Below the pieces are notes generated by a model that had not been told where the DNA came from, did no database searches, and saw only the letters and a program-made list of their open reading frames with translations. DNA of 64,000 bases from an uncultured virus (IMG/VR IMGVR_UViG_3300028805_000097). Lineage: Duplodnaviria; Heunggongvirae; Uroviricota; Caudoviricetes. Below, piece after piece: positions 21,572-30,922 of this stretch. The stretch is from positions 1-64,000 of IMG/VR virus record IMGVR_UViG_3300028805_000097; one strand, given 5' to 3'. Within the stretch, counting starts at the first letter, position 1. Every line of letters starts with the position of its first letter. The position numbers were made by a program, and so were the translations under genes.

Positions 21572-22055
21572 TGTTACCTTGTGTTTGGTCTATGTTATTT
21601 ATATACTGCATAATTGCAGCATCATTGCCTATAAAATGACCCTGTTCCTCCATCTTATGCTTGTAACAGTTCTCTGCCTCTATCTCATCGATTCTATCAA
21701 CAATTTTATCAAAATCTCTGTCAAGCATCATAATATCATTTCTTAAGGCTCTCTTCCTAACCATATTCTCCAGGAACTCTTTTCTTCTATCTTTGGATGG
21801 ATAGAAAATATCATAATCAATCTTCCTGTTGTTTAATACCTCAAGCAGCCTCTCCGCAACTGGTATAAACACTATATCATAGTCATCAACAATACCCATT
21901 ATATTATCAACCCATATATTATAGTCGTATTCACCTTCTCCTCTGTTGCCAACCAATTCTGGAGTAAATGCGTCAAGCATCTTTGCCTTTTTTCCATGAG
22001 TGTTCATTAGGTAACTTTTACCACACCCAGGAAACGAACTAATCAATATTCCCAT
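21564..22055 (-). CDS. P-loop kinase-like protein
   Basis: N-terminal SFPGCGKS Walker A. Confidence 0.65.
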   Translation of the reverse strand: MGILISSFPGCGKSYLMNTHGKKAKMLDAFTPELVGNRGEGEYDYNIWVDNIMGIVDDYDIVFIPVAERLLEVLNNRKIDYDIFYPSKDRRKEFLENMVRKRALRNDIMMLDRDFDKIVDRIDEIEAENCYKHKMEEQGHFIGNDAAIMQYINNIDQTQGNNE

Positions 22056-22263
22056 AAGCACCAAATCTATTATCCAAATTATCTTCCGAGTCAGCCATCC
22101 ACGCTATAGGTACATCTTCAGCTCTAGCAATTATCGGTCCTATCCAACCCATTTCTTCCCAGTATCTTTGCTGTTCCATTTCCAGTGCTCTCTTCTCCTG
22201 GTAGAGAGCATTTATTTCCTCATTAATCTCCTTGAGTCTCTGAGATATGCTGTTCTCTTTCAT
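22039..22263 (-). CDS. Hypothetical protein
   Basis: Overlapping operon ORF with coiled-coil N-terminus. Confidence 0.55.
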   Translation of the reverse strand: MKENSISQRLKEINEEINALYQEKRALEMEQQRYWEEMGWIGPIIARAEDVPIAWMADSEDNLDNRFGAYGNID

Positions 22264-22540
22264 GCTTATCCAATCTTTCTTTTAACCTTTGTAATTTATA
22301 TTCCTTTTCTGCTTCGAACTCTTCATACCCGAAGAGTGTAGCCATCTGCTCAACCATTATGGAGGCATCAGCGATTTCAGTTATGACATCTTTTTCTCCA
22401 ACACGTCTTCTGTCAAATTTTCCAAGTGCAGCGAAGAGTTCACCAATCTCTTCAACAAGCATCTTAAACTGAGCTGTTACACCATACATTTCAAGTGCTC
22501 TCTCATACTGTCTAATCATCTCCTGTTTCTCCATTGTCAA
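22223..22540 (-). CDS. MazG-like NTP pyrophosphohydrolase
   Basis: EEIGEL...EIAD motif pair. Confidence 0.75.
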   Translation of the reverse strand: MTMEKQEMIRQYERALEMYGVTAQFKMLVEEIGELFAALGKFDRRRVGEKDVITEIADASIMVEQMATLFGYEEFEAEKEYKLQRLKERLDKHEREQHISETQGD

Positions 22541-23006
22541 ATTCCTTAGTAGTTGTTAGTTTAATGTCCTTTCCAACAGCAACAAGCAAGCCACACATAT
22601 CGTTTAATACCTCCTTGTTAACCTTTGTCTTTTTCTCGAAGATAACTTTATCCATGTTATCTCTCATCTTTAGGGTTTCCCCATCGTAGTCAATGAATAT
22701 CCCACCTTCCATTCTGAAGCTGAGTTCACCGTCCAGAGTAGCAAGGTCAGCATTATCCAGTTTCTCGTAAGAATAACCCTTCGTCTTAATAAACTGGTTA
22801 AGTGCTTTTCCTTGAGATTCGTCGTTCTTGAAGAGAAGATAATCTCTCACATCGACTTTGTCATACCTGTATTGAGTTCCATTATTGAATACCACAGTAA
22901 GGGTTTTCAACTCATTATCATGGTCAATACATTCACTGTACTTGATGTTGCTAGATTGATACCACACCCTGTCAACATCATTTGAATAAAAACTAAAAAT
23001 CTTCAT
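22512..23006 (-). CDS. KTSC-domain protein
   Basis: SSNIK..D..LTVVFNNGTQYRY..V..ESQGKALN; promoter at 23023-23032 fixes start MKIFS. Confidence 0.7.
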   Translation of the reverse strand: MKIFSFYSNDVDRVWYQSSNIKYSECIDHDNELKTLTVVFNNGTQYRYDKVDVRDYLLFKNDESQGKALNQFIKTKGYSYEKLDNADLATLDGELSFRMEGGIFIDYDGETLKMRDNMDKVIFEKKTKVNKEVLNDMCGLLVAVGKDIKLTTTKEFDNGETGDD

Positions 23007-23111
23007 ATTGTTAACGATTTTTTGCAAAGATATAAAAAAAATGTTAAAAAAACAAGTTTTTTGACAAAAAAATATCTCACTCTAGCGTTAGAGTGAGATA
23101 TTACCAATACA

Positions 23112-23837
23112 TTATCTCAAACCAAATCTTTCAGCCCAAGATTTCTTTCTCTTCTTTATAGAACTGAGTGTATTTTTGAGGTCTTTATTCTCGCTAATTA
23201 CAGATTCGTATCTAGTCTCCAAATCATGCAGCTTCTTCCTTTCCTCCTCAATTGTACTGAGTAATCTAGCATTAGTGTTTCTTGCAACCTCTAGTTGTTC
23301 TTTTAGGGATTCATTTTCCTTTTCAAACATATCTAGGAAATCGTTTATTTCCTCACTGTTTATAGGTTCATCATCAGAGATTGTTGAAATTTCTTCAGTA
23401 TCAGTAACTGGAGTTTCGAACTCGTGGAAATCAAGCTCCTGCTCCTTACTCTCATTACCTTGTATACCAATTTCAACTTCAAGTTTCTTCCTTAAATCTT
23501 CTGGATTGAGATTCAATCTATAAACTTTACCACTGTTAGTTCTCCTAAGAATTTCTACCAGACCATATTTGATAAGGTTGTTTAATGCTCTCCTCATTGG
23601 AGCAGCACCAAAAGTCATATTACCTTTGATACTGTTATCACCATTACCATTAATTGTAATAGGTTCTTTCAAACGACCCAAACTGTCTAGTACAATTAAA
23701 TGCCCCAAAACAAGAAGCATCCTTAGTGCCTCCTTGCTCTCAGTGTTGAACTGTTCCCTAATTCCTTCTGGTACGAAACCAATTAGTTTCTTACCATCTT
23801 CAGTTCTGAAGAAATTGTATTCTCTCTTATTATTCAT
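23112..23837 (-). CDS. Putative winged-helix plus coiled-coil protein
   Basis: RRALNNLIKYGLVE..GKVYRL; own promoter (23879-23888) and terminator (about 23068-23102). Confidence 0.55.
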   Translation of the reverse strand: MNNKREYNFFRTEDGKKLIGFVPEGIREQFNTESKEALRMLLVLGHLIVLDSLGRLKEPITINGNGDNSIKGNMTFGAAPMRRALNNLIKYGLVEILRRTNSGKVYRLNLNPEDLRKKLEVEIGIQGNESKEQELDFHEFETPVTDTEEISTISDDEPINSEEINDFLDMFEKENESLKEQLEVARNTNARLLSTIEEERKKLHDLETRYESVISENKDLKNTLSSIKKRKKSWAERFGLR

Positions 23838-23989
23838 ACTAAAGTGTTATTTTAAGTTAATAAAAAATTCTTTGGTGATGCAAAGATATAAAAAAAGTTT
23901 TAAAAAAACAAGCATTTAGATAAAAAAAATTAAAAATCTCTTGTCTTGGAGACTGTGTTGATTATATTTTAAATGTAATACGAAAAATT

Positions 23990-26476
23990 ATGAGTAGAAA
24001 GAAAGATAACACTTACACTTTAGAATTGAATGATGTGTTGGAGTATATGTCTAACACACTTCCTGGCATGTTCCCTACGGACATACTGACTCCAGAGTAT
24101 CTTATTCTGTCAATACTGGACATAAGGAACTGTCATGCAAATCTTATTCTTGACAATTGTCTCATGTCAAACAATCTTGAGGAACTTAAGAAAGTATATG
24201 AGTCTGCAATTGAAACTCATGTTAACCCTCAAGTAAGTTTGGTTGGAGAGATAAAATTCAGTGATGAGCTTGTTAGGCTTCTTGAATGTGCCAAGAAAGA
24301 AAGAGATAAGTTGAAGAATGTAGAAATAGGTACAGAACATGTCCTGTTAGCTGTATTAAATAAGGAATATGGTTTCAAGAACTCAGAAGTGTTTGAAAAG
24401 TTCAGACTTGAGTATGAGTTCATACAGAATAAGTGTGATGTACCGAAGAAAGATAAAACAGAAAGTAAATCTCCTAAGAGTCTGAAAACAAAATCGGCTG
24501 CAATACCTCTCAAGAGCCAGGTTAATGCAAAGCCTGTTTCAAGTCTAACAGATGATTTCATATCCAAGTACACCATCAGTATCAACAAGATGGCTAGAAA
24601 CGGTGAAATTGATGATATTGTTGGAAGAGAGAGTGAAATCAAGGAAATCATAAAAACATTATCTAGGAGAAAGAAAAATAATGCCGTATTGGTTGGTCGT
24701 GGAGGTTGTGGTAAGACAGCAATCGTATATGGACTTGCAAGTCTCATAGAAGCTGGAAAAGTACCATCCATACTCGAAGGTAAGGAAATCGTACTCCTCA
24801 ACATAATGGCATTGGTAAGTGGAACACACTTCAGAGGTATGTTTGAAGAGAGAATAAATGGTTTATTCACTGAATTGCAAGCTTCTGATAAATATATCCT
24901 TTTCATTGATGACATGCACAATGTACTCAAAAATGGAAGTAAGGATAAAGACACTGATATTTCTGGAATGATTAGTAATGCATTGTCAGAGGGTAAACTT
25001 AAGATTATAGGTACAACAACATTCAAGGACTACAGGAACTCTATCGAGAATAATACATCAATATCAAGAAAATTACAGAAGATTATTATTGAGCCTAATA
25101 CTGTTGAAGAATCAATAGAAATACTTGAGAATAATAAAAGATATTACGAGCAGTTCCACAGGGTTTCATACGATGAGAAAACTATTAAGAAAGCTGTAGA
25201 ACTTGCTGATAGGTACGTTACAGATAGATGCCTTCCAGACTCAGCGTTTGATATTATCGACCTCGCTGGTGCTAGCACATCACTTCTGGAGAGAGAACCA
25301 GTAGAGATACAGAACACGAAAAAGAGAATGAGGGAAATAGAGGCAGAAAAGTACAATGCTCTTAACAACGGTGACTTTGAACTCATAGACTCCCTTACAA
25401 TCGAGGAAAACGTCCTAGCATCTGATATGGCAGACTACAAGAGGGATATTAAGAAACTAAAGATAGATACAATAGAAATCACTGAAGACAATATTGCTGA
25501 TGTGGTTTCTGAAATGACTAAGATACCTGTAAGCAAACTGTCAGTGAGTGAGAAAGCCAAGATAGCCAACATCGACAAGATTCTTAAGGAGAGCGTTATT
25601 GGACAGGATGAGGCTGTTGATAGTGTTTGTAGGGTTATCAAGAGAAATAAGGTAGGACTTGGTGATAAGTCCAAGACACTTGCCAATATTTTGATGGTAG
25701 GACCTACTGGTTCTGGTAAAACACTCATTGCAAAGAAACTTGCTGAAGAGATATTCGGTGATGAAAAAGCACTTATCAGAATCGATATGTCTGAGTATTC
25801 AGAGAAAAACTCAGTAGCGAAACTAACTGGTGCTGCTCCTGGATATGTGGGATATGAGAATGGTGGACAACTGACAGAACAGGTTAAGCACAAACAACAC
25901 TGTGTATTGCTACTTGATGAGATTGAGAAGGCTGACCAGGAAGTATATAACATATTCCTCCAGTTGTTCGATGAAGGTAGACTTACAGACAGCTCTGGAC
26001 AGATTGTAAACTTCAAGAACGTCATCGTACTCATGACATCCAACATTGGTGCTAGAAAGGCAGCAGAGCTTGGAAATGGAGTAGGATTTGTAAACAGTGA
26101 AGAAGCTAATAAGAAGTCTATTATTGATAAGGAACTCAAGAAGAAATTTACACCAGAATTTATAAATAGATTGGACCAAATAGTATACTTCAATAGTTTA
26201 TCAGATGATAATCTTAAGGATATAGTTAAATTGGAAATTAATAAGTTTAATAAGAGATTAAATAGCTTAGAATATAGTATAACTTATACTGATGATGTAG
26301 TTACATGCATTCATGCTGAAGCTCTTAAGTCTAAGGAATTCGGTGCTAGACCAATCATCAGACTTATCCAGACGAGCCTTGAGGATAAGATTACAGACCT
26401 CATGTTGACAAATGAATATCCAATAAACTACGTATTCAGTGCGTCATGCTTAAACGACCAGATTGAAATCAAGTAA
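23990..26476 (+). CDS. clpC: ClpC/ClpA-family AAA+ chaperone
   Basis: Clp N-domains, GRGGCGKT, PDSAFDIID, GPTGSGKT, IDMSEYSEK, LLDEIEKA, GARP. Confidence 0.9.
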   Translation: MSRKKDNTYTLELNDVLEYMSNTLPGMFPTDILTPEYLILSILDIRNCHANLILDNCLMSNNLEELKKVYESAIETHVNPQVSLVGEIKFSDELVRLLECAKKERDKLKNVEIGTEHVLLAVLNKEYGFKNSEVFEKFRLEYEFIQNKCDVPKKDKTESKSPKSLKTKSAAIPLKSQVNAKPVSSLTDDFISKYTISINKMARNGEIDDIVGRESEIKEIIKTLSRRKKNNAVLVGRGGCGKTAIVYGLASLIEAGKVPSILEGKEIVLLNIMALVSGTHFRGMFEERINGLFTELQASDKYILFIDDMHNVLKNGSKDKDTDISGMISNALSEGKLKIIGTTTFKDYRNSIENNTSISRKLQKIIIEPNTVEESIEILENNKRYYEQFHRVSYDEKTIKKAVELADRYVTDRCLPDSAFDIIDLAGASTSLLEREPVEIQNTKKRMREIEAEKYNALNNGDFELIDSLTIEENVLASDMADYKRDIKKLKIDTIEITEDNIADVVSEMTKIPVSKLSVSEKAKIANIDKILKESVIGQDEAVDSVCRVIKRNKVGLGDKSKTLANILMVGPTGSGKTLIAKKLAEEIFGDEKALIRIDMSEYSEKNSVAKLTGAAPGYVGYENGGQLTEQVKHKQHCVLLLDEIEKADQEVYNIFLQLFDEGRLTDSSGQIVNFKNVIVLMTSNIGARKAAELGNGVGFVNSEEANKKSIIDKELKKKFTPEFINRLDQIVYFNSLSDDNLKDIVKLEINKFNKRLNSLEYSITYTDDVVTCIHAEALKSKEFGARPIIRLIQTSLEDKITDLMLTNEYPINYVFSASCLNDQIEIK

Positions 26477-26639
26477 TCTCATAATTTTTAAATATTTTGT
26501 TTATCGTACTATTACTTTTTAAGGAGGAGATTATTCGCTTTTCTCCTCCTTTTTGTTAAAAATAAGCATTTTTATACAGAAAAATTTGGTTATTTAATTT
26601 TTTTTCTGTATCTTTGCACTTGTAAATCTTTATCAAGCC

Positions 26640-27203
26640 ATGATGATAGATTTATGTAACAAGCTCGTTGACAACAACTTAACTAAAAACGACTTGTTAG
26701 AAAGAATTGAAATTAGGAAGACTTGCCCAGAGGACATAGAGGCAATATGCAATACATTGTCCAAGGCATTCGATATGTATTCAGCAGAGGAAGCTTACCA
26801 GCAATTGCTACAGTCAAGAGCTAGACTGGATGAATCAATAAAGCTGGTTGATAAGGAAACAGGAGAGATATATGGACTGTTGATGTTCTGTGAATATCCG
26901 ATAACAATCGGAAGCCCTATAAGACTGCTGAACCAGGATATGGCTGAATATCTCAGTCAGTTCGTACAAGTAAACGGTCACTCATTCATCATTGATGAGA
27001 GACTTAGAGGTACGGGTTTAGATAGGAAGATGTTGTTTCACAATATCAACTTCCTCATCAAGAACTACGACTTCATATGGGCTGGTGTTGAGATAGACTT
27101 AAAGAGCCACAGGTATTGGGAAAGACTTGGGTTCATTGAGGTATTTAGGATACCAGAAGCTGTATTCTACATGATGCCGTTGAATAAAAAGCTAGTGAGC
27201 TGA
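26640..27203 (+). CDS. GNAT-family acetyltransferase
   Basis: RLRGTGL and YWERLGF motifs. Confidence 0.7.
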   Translation: MMIDLCNKLVDNNLTKNDLLERIEIRKTCPEDIEAICNTLSKAFDMYSAEEAYQQLLQSRARLDESIKLVDKETGEIYGLLMFCEYPITIGSPIRLLNQDMAEYLSQFVQVNGHSFIIDERLRGTGLDRKMLFHNINFLIKNYDFIWAGVEIDLKSHRYWERLGFIEVFRIPEAVFYMMPLNKKLVS

Positions 27204-27230
27204 TATTTATAGTATAATGTTAGAATTGAT

Positions 27231-27605
27231 ATGAAAACGTTTATACTATCAGAGAAAGCCTTCAACGGCATAAAGAAAAGAATTGTGAATGAGTCATACG
27301 GGGACAAGATAACATTGGTTAAAAAGTTTCTGGATGATAACTTCATGAGAGCATCCATCGAGAAAGCCGCACCAGACGGTACTAGGAAGAGTGTTGGTAT
27401 ATTTGTTCAACTGAACGATAAACACCTCCCTACTGAATCATCCATGTGGTTCGACGATGTAATAGACATGCTCAACTCTGAGAATAATTTTATGAACATA
27501 ATAAGTAACGAAAAAGAAAGAGACGGATTCCTTCGCCAGGTTACAAGAGACTGGTATGATAACAAAATCAGTAAGTATGGAACTCTGTCAAAGTATGATT
27601 TCTAG
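27231..27605 (+). CDS. Late hypothetical protein
   Basis: TATTTATA box at 27204-27211; leader MKTFILSEKAF..IVNE. Confidence 0.65.
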   Translation: MKTFILSEKAFNGIKKRIVNESYGDKITLVKKFLDDNFMRASIEKAAPDGTRKSVGIFVQLNDKHLPTESSMWFDDVIDMLNSENNFMNIISNEKERDGFLRQVTRDWYDNKISKYGTLSKYDF

Positions 27606-27617
27606 GAATATTAATAA

Positions 27618-27688
27618 GAGGAGACGGTGACGTAACTCGCTCTCACATATCGTCACCATATCGGTGCAGCATACTGCATACGAGCCTC
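27618..27688 (+). promoter_or_regulatory. Candidate structured RNA leader of the transglycosylase gene
   Basis: GAGG/CCTC closing pair, GGTGACG/CGTCACC stem, TGCAG/CTGCA stem; GC-rich in an AT-rich context. Confidence 0.4.
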
Positions 27689-27702
27689 ACATAAATTTAT
27701 AA

Positions 27703-28140
27703 ATGATGAGACTAAAAAAAATTATTTTATCGTGCATGTTGGCACTTCCTATTAGTGTCATGGCACAAGAAAAGACAACGTATGATTGGAATCCTGTTAT
27801 GGATGCCATCATAGCAGTAGAAAGTGAAGGAAACCAAAAGGCGCATAATCCTAACGGAGACTGTGCTGGAATCCTACAAATTACACCAATTTTGGTGAAG
27901 GAGTGCAATCAAATCCTCGAAAAGAGGAATTCTAACAGGCGTTATACCAAGGGAGATAGATATAATGCTAAGAAATCCAAGGAAATGTTTATCCTGCTAC
28001 AGGAACATTTCAACCCAGAACACAATGTTGAGAAAGCCATAAAGTGCTGGAACAGTGGCTTCTACGGAGCTTGGAAAAACAGGAGTGGAAATTATTACAA
28101 GAAAGTTATGACACACTATAAAAAAAAGGGGGCTAGTTAA
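27703..28140 (+). CDS. Lytic transglycosylase (SLT/lysozyme-like) with signal peptide
   Basis: AIIAVESEG, GILQI, WNSG motifs; hydrophobic N-terminus ending VMA. Confidence 0.8.
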   Translation: MMRLKKIILSCMLALPISVMAQEKTTYDWNPVMDAIIAVESEGNQKAHNPNGDCAGILQITPILVKECNQILEKRNSNRRYTKGDRYNAKKSKEMFILLQEHFNPEHNVEKAIKCWNSGFYGAWKNRSGNYYKKVMTHYKKKGAS

Positions 28141-28149
28141 GCTCCCTTT

Positions 28150-28431
28150 TTATTTTATATCAAAATCTGGACTATCTATTCTGTTTCCCATTTGGTTATG
28201 TAGCATGTGGCGCATAGTAGAACCCTTCATCTTCTCAGCCATAGGGTCTCCCATGACATATGCGTGCGCAAACCCAGTATCGTCCTGGGTGTTCATATTA
28301 CTATCAAGTGCTATATTCATCTGGTCTTCGCCAGGATACTTGTCAAAAGCACCTTCCTTAAGTATCTTATTCACTGCCTCTTTCACAATCTTGTGAAGGT
28401 CACTTTCTGTTAATCTGATTATCTGTTTCAT
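28150..28431 (-). CDS. Putative internal head protein with LTESDL leader
   Basis: MKQIIRLTESDLHKIVKEAVNKILKE; TATTTATA box at 28496-28503. Confidence 0.7.
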   Translation of the reverse strand: MKQIIRLTESDLHKIVKEAVNKILKEGAFDKYPGEDQMNIALDSNMNTQDDTGFAHAYVMGDPMAEKMKGSTMRHMLHNQMGNRIDSPDFDIK

Positions 28432-28557
28432 ATTGTAAAATCCCTATTATAAATATGGTTTTCCCTAAAATGTATCTGGAAATCCCTAATTATACTATAA
28501 ATACTTGTATTTTTAAAAAAAACTCCATATCTTTGCACTAGTTATTGTAAAACACGT

Positions 28558-29001
28558 ATGCTTATGAAAAAGATTTTTTTATTTATTGTTGGATTAGTGA
28601 TGTCATTCAGTCTGACATCATGCGTGACAGCAGCCTACGCTCAGCTTGACGATGAGGCTGACATTTCCGTTATCGTATCAAACGGAACTCCATATTATAA
28701 TACTGATGGTCTACTCATGTACTACATCTATCGTGACCTATACTACTATCCTTACTATTACAACAACGGATGGCATTTCAGACATTATGCAAGACCATTA
28801 CCTCCAAGGCATCATAGACCAGTTCCTAGAGACTTTTATCGCCATAGACCTCACCAGCCAAGTTATCATCACGAACCACACCCAGGAGGTACACACAGAC
28901 CAGATATTAACAGAGGAGGTCACACGCACAGACACGTACCTAATAATATAAATAGAGGTGGAAACAGACCTTCTGGAAGGCATTTTGGTGGAAAAAGATA
29001 G
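28558..29001 (+). CDS. Lipoprotein with Tyr-rich core and Pro/His/Arg/Gly tail
   Basis: Lipobox LTSC; promoter at 28528-28537. Confidence 0.65.
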   Translation: MLMKKIFLFIVGLVMSFSLTSCVTAAYAQLDDEADISVIVSNGTPYYNTDGLLMYYIYRDLYYYPYYYNNGWHFRHYARPLPPRHHRPVPRDFYRHRPHQPSYHHEPHPGGTHRPDINRGGHTHRHVPNNINRGGNRPSGRHFGGKR

Positions 29002-29109
29002 AAAAATGAAAAAAAATTCTCAGAAAATTTGGAATTAAGGAAAAAAATATATATCTTTGCACCGTAAATCACAAGTTTACGAAAAAACTTAATATAAACT
29101 TTAATAGTT

Positions 29110-29607
29110 ATGGAAGCAAAAATTTTTGTTATCGGTATTCCTACGTTCAGTGACGTAGCAGAGAAGATTGGTGAGGCTATCTCACAGGTTTTTGAGAAGC
29201 CAGCACCTCGTTGCAACAAGCCAGCATGGACACCACGTCCTGCTGAACCTTGCAAGCCACAGTGGACACCACGTCCAAACCCATGTGGTTGTGGCGCACC
29301 AGCCCCAGAGTGGGGTATCGCTGGAACACCAGCATGTGAGAACAAGCGTTTTGGCGCAGCATTTGAGATTGATGAGCCTCGTTGCGAGGATTACGACAAG
29401 CGTTGGCAGTTCGAGAGCGACCACGCTGCATACGACAAGTTCGTAGAAGCTGGTGAGGACTGTATCGCTCGTGGAATGGGCAAGAAGGGTAACGCACCTA
29501 TCACAAAGTGCCAGGCTGTTCGTCAGCCACTGAACTGTCCTCCTCCAATGAACAAGGAGCTTATCGGTGAGACTCACTGGTGGGATTGTGAAGATTTTGG
29601 TTGGTAA
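29110..29607 (+). CDS. Cys/Pro-rich hypothetical protein
   Basis: Own promoter at 29052-29061; repeat KPxWTPRP; biased codon usage. Confidence 0.7.
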   Translation: MEAKIFVIGIPTFSDVAEKIGEAISQVFEKPAPRCNKPAWTPRPAEPCKPQWTPRPNPCGCGAPAPEWGIAGTPACENKRFGAAFEIDEPRCEDYDKRWQFESDHAAYDKFVEAGEDCIARGMGKKGNAPITKCQAVRQPLNCPPPMNKELIGETHWWDCEDFGW

Positions 29608-29703
29608 TTCAACCATTAAAAAACATTAAAAAACGGGGTAACATTTGGTTATCTCGTTTTTTTTGTGTATCTTTGCAACAGAAAATAAAAAGATAAACAA
29701 AAA

Positions 29704-30084
29704 ATGGAAGATATAAGTTTGAAATTCGAAGGTAATTATATTCCGCTATGTGAGGGTGGATACGATGTACCACTTGCGCCAAGTGGTACGTTATACGCTA
29801 TTATGGAGTCAACCAAAAAAAAAATCGGGTCATTATCGATTTATTATTCTAAAATTAGAGGTGGTATATACCTCCATAGTTTTGGTATTTGGAATGAAAA
29901 TAACCGAAATAAAGGTATTGGTAGACAAATGCTGAGGCATATAAAAGAAATGTGTGGTGAGATAAACATATACCTGTCCTGCGCTCATGGTAACTACAGG
30001 GCATTACACCTGTATAAATCCGAAGGCTTTGAGATTGTTGAAGACGGTGATTGGTACGAAATGATATATATTAATTCTAAATAA
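29704..30084 (+). CDS. GNAT-family acetyltransferase
   Basis: RNKGIG, N..ALHLYKSEGF. Confidence 0.8.
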   Translation: MEDISLKFEGNYIPLCEGGYDVPLAPSGTLYAIMESTKKKIGSLSIYYSKIRGGIYLHSFGIWNENNRNKGIGRQMLRHIKEMCGEINIYLSCAHGNYRALHLYKSEGFEIVEDGDWYEMIYINSK

Positions 30085-30086
30085 CA

Positions 30087-30326
30087 ATGGCTCAGATAGG
30101 ACGTAAACCATTCTGCAAGAATTGTGACAGGAAACTGGCCATAAACTGTGACTACGAGACGTACACTTGTGGGGCAGCTTACATTGCAGCAGAGAATTCT
30201 GGCAAAACAGATGAGGTTGATAAAAGGTTCACCCACCTCAAGAAGAATTCAAGATGCCCAGATAAAACATATTTTATCCCAAGGTGGACTATAGAGGAAG
30301 TTCGTAAACATAACAATCATAAATGA
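30087..30326 (+). CDS. Small Cys-rich hypothetical protein
   Basis: CKNC..C..C..C; operon spacing. Confidence 0.55.
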   Translation: MAQIGRKPFCKNCDRKLAINCDYETYTCGAAYIAAENSGKTDEVDKRFTHLKKNSRCPDKTYFIPRWTIEEVRKHNNHK

Positions 30327-30327
30327 T

Positions 30328-30690
30328 ATGAAGAATAATGATATTTACATCCGCAGCATAAATAAGTATATAAGCTTGAGCGAGTTTAAGAAGTATACCT
30401 ACAAGGAAGGCCATGTCTACAAAATTAACGATGGGTATTTCCAAAGGTGTATTGGTTATGAAGACTACACACCTATCATTGACTATATATGTATTCTCGA
30501 CAATGTTAATGGTGGACATTGTAATATCTCATATGAACCAAAAGGATTACCAATTCCGTCATTAGACTTTGTTAATAGTGTGTTGGCTGGTGAAATTACT
30601 GAGATTGACCCAACCGTATACGAGAACGTATTGTTTGGAATAAAGAACATAACACCATCACTAAAAGCGATGATTAACAATGGAAAGTAA
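30328..30690 (+). CDS. Hypothetical protein
   Basis: Tightly packed operon ORF. Confidence 0.55.
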   Translation: MKNNDIYIRSINKYISLSEFKKYTYKEGHVYKINDGYFQRCIGYEDYTPIIDYICILDNVNGGHCNISYEPKGLPIPSLDFVNSVLAGEITEIDPTVYENVLFGIKNITPSLKAMINNGK

Positions 30691-30922
30691 AACAGCACCT
30701 TGGTTTGAATGTACACCCTGGAGTAAGCCTGGAGTGTTAAGGAGATATAAATATAAGGGTTATGTTATAGAATATATAGAGCAGACTTGCCATAACCATT
30801 GCTCTGTATATCGGCATCATGAGTTTAGAGCACTGAAGGATAGAAAGGTTGTAACCAAGGGTCACATGAGATATTCCGACTGTGTTAATGCATTAAAAAA
30901 AATAATTAGCAATGAAAAATAA
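30680..30922 (+). CDS. Hypothetical protein
   Basis: Overlapping operon ORF. Confidence 0.55.
   Translation: MESKTAPWFECTPWSKPGVLRRYKYKGYVIEYIEQTCHNHCSVYRHHEFRALKDRKVVTKGHMRYSDCVNALKKIISNEK

Noticed and set aside
24229..26193. 265-aa and 252-aa minus-strand ORFs
   Set aside because: Antisense shadows of clpC
28920..29616. Multiple overlapping ORFs on both strands
   Set aside because: Only 29110..29607 has a promoter, leader and terminator; the others follow from codon bias
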